Source: Thalia democratica (taxonomy: Eukaryota). Taken from it: a DNA stretch of 64,000 nt. Where the stretch lies: the NCBI GenBank assembly GCA_965202585.1, contig OZ241831.1:29698001-29762000 (forward strand). The letters are read 5' to 3'. The position numbers and the translations under genes were made by a program. The notes beneath the pieces are model-generated. The model did not search any database and had not been told where the DNA came from. It saw nothing but the letters and a program-made list of their open reading frames with translations. Numbering within the stretch: position 1 is the first letter of the stretch; the number at the start of each line of letters is the position of its first letter. This document shows positions 60,790-64,000 of this stretch, piece after piece.

Positions 60790-63700
60790 AAAGAAAAATG
60801 TAAATGCTCACAACTGTGGTCAATAAATTGGTGTGGAGAAAGACCTTTTGGTCATTGAGCCTCCCACCATAAATTTTATAAAAAATGTTGAGCAGTTTTA
60901 ATTATAATAATTAAAATAGAAACTTAAGATCAGCAAAAAATCAATATTATTATTAATTAATGTTTTTTTTTAAGTATTTTTATTAAAGTTTACTCAAAAC
61001 TAAATTATTTTGAAAAATAAAAAGTTGATATGCACTCTTTTTTATACCCATTTCTGCTAATATTGATTATGGAAATCATAGTCTACCATGGGTACCACAC
61101 CATCTCCCTTAGATTTAAATTTTTACCATCATGTGCATTCACATTTTTCTTGTTGGTCTTTTTACAAGAACAACCACAAAAAATGCAATATAAAGTTTCA
61201 TAATAACATAAAAAGAGAGAAATGGTAAATTTGCTGTGAAAAATAAAAACATATATCTTGTATTTAAAAATATAAATAATAATAAACAAGAGTATAAAAT
61301 ATAAACTGTAAATCATACTACACTTAAATAAAATTTGTAAATTTTCTTTGTATCTCCTTATATGTATTTAAAAAAAAAAGTTATATAATATAAGTTAGTA
61401 ATATATGTTATAACATAATTGTGATCGCTAATTCTCATAATGTAAAAACTCAAGGCAATGTAAATATCTAGGTAAAAAGAAATCATACTTTTTCATGTAC
61501 ACATAGATTTTGTAGAAAACTTGATAGATAGATATCTAATAAACTTTACATAAAAACAAGTTAAAAAGTAAAATTTAACTTTTAGAGTAAATATAATAAT
61601 AGATCAAGGGGACAAAAAAATAATTAGTCAAAAAAAAATACAATAAAAAAAAGCTCACAAACAGTACTGTACATACTTTAAAACTTTTATTACTTGTATA
61701 GTGGACTCGTCAGCTGTTTTTTTTTAGTAGTAATATTTATAATCTATTAAGTGAATAAATTTTAAATTATGAAAGATAGTTAAATATAATATTGTACCTT
61801 TGTAAAAAAAAAAACTCTATTTATCTAACTCATGAATTGATATAAGAATTAACTTAAGTAAAATAAAAACTAAACGAACCTATCTTTAGCCATATTGTCA
61901 ATGGAGACAAAACAATAACACTAAATCCCAAATAAAAAGAATTAATAAAATCAAGCCATCTCTGCCCACACCCAGTCAAACAACCATCAATCAGACTAAA
62001 ATAGATTACAAATATTCCAATATCAAAAATTTATCTTAGTTTTTAAAAAGTATAGAAAAAAATTAAGTTAGACTTCTATCTGATTGATTTTCAAGTAAAA
62101 CAATTTTTAGTCCAGATTGAAAAGCTCCAAGGTAGCTCTGATTTTTTAGGTTTCTTGAAATTTCCTCCCATACTTTACATCCAAGATATAAAACCATAAA
62201 GACTGTTTACTTTATGGATATTATGATTTGTCTCTGAAAATCTTGTTGAATGATTGTGAATTTTATTTACTCTTGTAAAGTAAGTCTTGAAGTTAACTGG
62301 CAAAGTATCTCTTTTAAATTTGCTCATAAAAACTGCCTAACTCATACTTAAAAAAATTTTCAACATCTAATATTTTCTTTTCTATTTTAACACTTTCATT
62401 CCAACCTTTAAAATGAATGCACCTTAATGCTCTATTTATAAGTTTATCAGTCTCAGTAATTTTAGTTTTACTTGCCCTACCCCAACACAACAAACCATAT
62501 CTTACATGACTTATTAGAATTGAATTAAACATTTAATACAAGGAGTTATAATTTTAAAAGTACCTTGTTTTGTATATAGTACCTATTTTCTTCAATAACT
62601 TAGTTTTTACTGCTTCAATATTGTCAGACCAATTGAGGAAACTATTAATTTTAATACCAAGACACTTATAATTTTCTACTTTTAATATAGATTAAATACC
62701 TATTTTTATATCTAAATTTGTGTTTTTTTTTTAATACTTCTTTTTTACCAGAGTGAAAGAGCATGTATCTTGTTTTATTTACATTAAGTTTAAGCATGTT
62801 GTCAATTAAGCATTTTAATACATTTTCCAAATGTTAGTTAAAGTATATTTTATCTATTTGATAGGTGTTTTCTTTAGGGTAGTATATAACAGAATGTCAA
62901 CTGTAAAGTTCTAGACTTTTAGGGCTTTATTGTTTTGTGAATTATTGATTTAAACTAAAAACATTAAGGGACCCAAAACTGAGCCTTGTATCACTCCTAT
63001 GTCTATACTTTTACAAGTTGATACATACCCAGCAAAATCTACAAACCGTTTTCTTTCAGATAGGTATGATTCCAATAGTTTAAGCATTTGCCCTCCTTTT
63101 TAAAATACTCTAACATATTTTTTCTATCTACACAGTCAAATCCTTTACTCAGATGTAACAAAACTGCACAAACAGCAAAAGAGGACAGTGTACTTTCTAC
63201 AAATTCTGATTAAGCTAGGGTAGTAGAATGGCCATCTCTGAATCCAAACTGGGAAGTGTTAAGGACATTAAACTTAGTAAAAACATTGTATAGATGGCTA
63301 TGTATAGCTTTTTCAATGATCTTATTTATGTTTGACAAAAGTGAAATTGGTCTGTAATTTCCAGGAACTGTTTTCAAACCTGATTTAAATATTGGTAATA
63401 CTTTGGCTAATTTTATACAACTAGGGTATCTACCTTCTTTAAATGCCAAATTTAGTAGCTTACTAATTATTGGGGCTATATAGGAGTTAATCAATTTTAA
63501 AACTTTAAGAGAGATATTGTTTGCTTTGTTCAAGTCTAAACGTTTAATTGTATCACTTATTTTTTCCTGTACCTTAAGCCAGGCAAAACTATTATATTAG
63601 TTTCTGGGACTAACAATACAAGAGTTTTGAGAGGTGTTAGAAATCAAACTATTTTGTTTTCCAATAGTTGAAAAATGTAGGTTGAAATTGTTTATTAAGT

Positions 63701-64000
63701 ATAAACTATATTTCCTGTTTTATATGGAATACAAATATTTTAAATAACTTTTTAGATTTAGTCATTTTTGATTCAAACATAAGGATGAAAATTTGATTTT
63801 TTCACTGTCTCTTTACTTTGATATATATAAATGCACTAAAAACCTATATTCTCCTTCATTTGCAAGCTATTAACTACAAATTTTCAGGACACATTTATAA
63901 AATTAGAAATAATATTGTAAATATTTGAAAAAAAAAACATTTACTCAAAAATTTTAAAACTCCTGCTTGTTATTAAGTTAAGATTAATGCTCATAAAGTT
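60790..64000 (-). mobile_element. Decayed L2/CR1-clade LINE (RT + long 3' UTR), running off the window end
   Basis: LAKVLPIFKSG...NYRPISLLSNINKIIEKAI...SQFGFRDGHSTTLA (63210-63533) and GVIQGSVLGPLMF near 62970-63000. The 3' UTR matches the 27570-29575 copy through to ...GAGCATTTACATTTTTCTTTC. Confidence 0.9.

Overview
Eukaryotic, very AT-rich genomic DNA with GT-AG introns, from an invertebrate. The gene content looks tunicate-like, but that is inference only. Most of the supplied ORF track is intron or repeat noise, so gene models were rebuilt by hand from splice sites and exon phase. Six genes are supported. (1) A 4-exon minus-strand precursor: signal peptide + Sushi/CCP + acidic spacer + RGKR + six-Cys peptide (3770-6429). 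(2) A low-confidence orphan gene (-, 8039-9490). (3) A gene with a degenerate C2-like domain (+, 11807-16619). (4) An 8-exon secreted protein made only of an SVEP1-type central region with GCC2/GCC3 repeats (-, 17149-25296). (5) RPAP3, 10 coding exons and a single TPR cluster (+, 34775-47618). (6) A collectin-like protein with a short collagen, a neck and a discoidin (F5/8 type C) head (-, 51452-53038). The rest is transposon-rich: hAT-type elements with 6-, 8- and 19-bp target duplications, TTAA (Kolobok-like) MITEs, two Penelope-like remnants with hammerhead ribozyme cores, two copies of an L2/CR1-clade LINE, and SINEs sharing that LINE's 3' tail. The best leads are the Sushi-propeptide-six-Cys precursor, which has two alternative Cys-completing C-termini, the collagen-discoidin protein, and a perfect 117-bp inverted repeat just downstream of it. 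No database searches were run.
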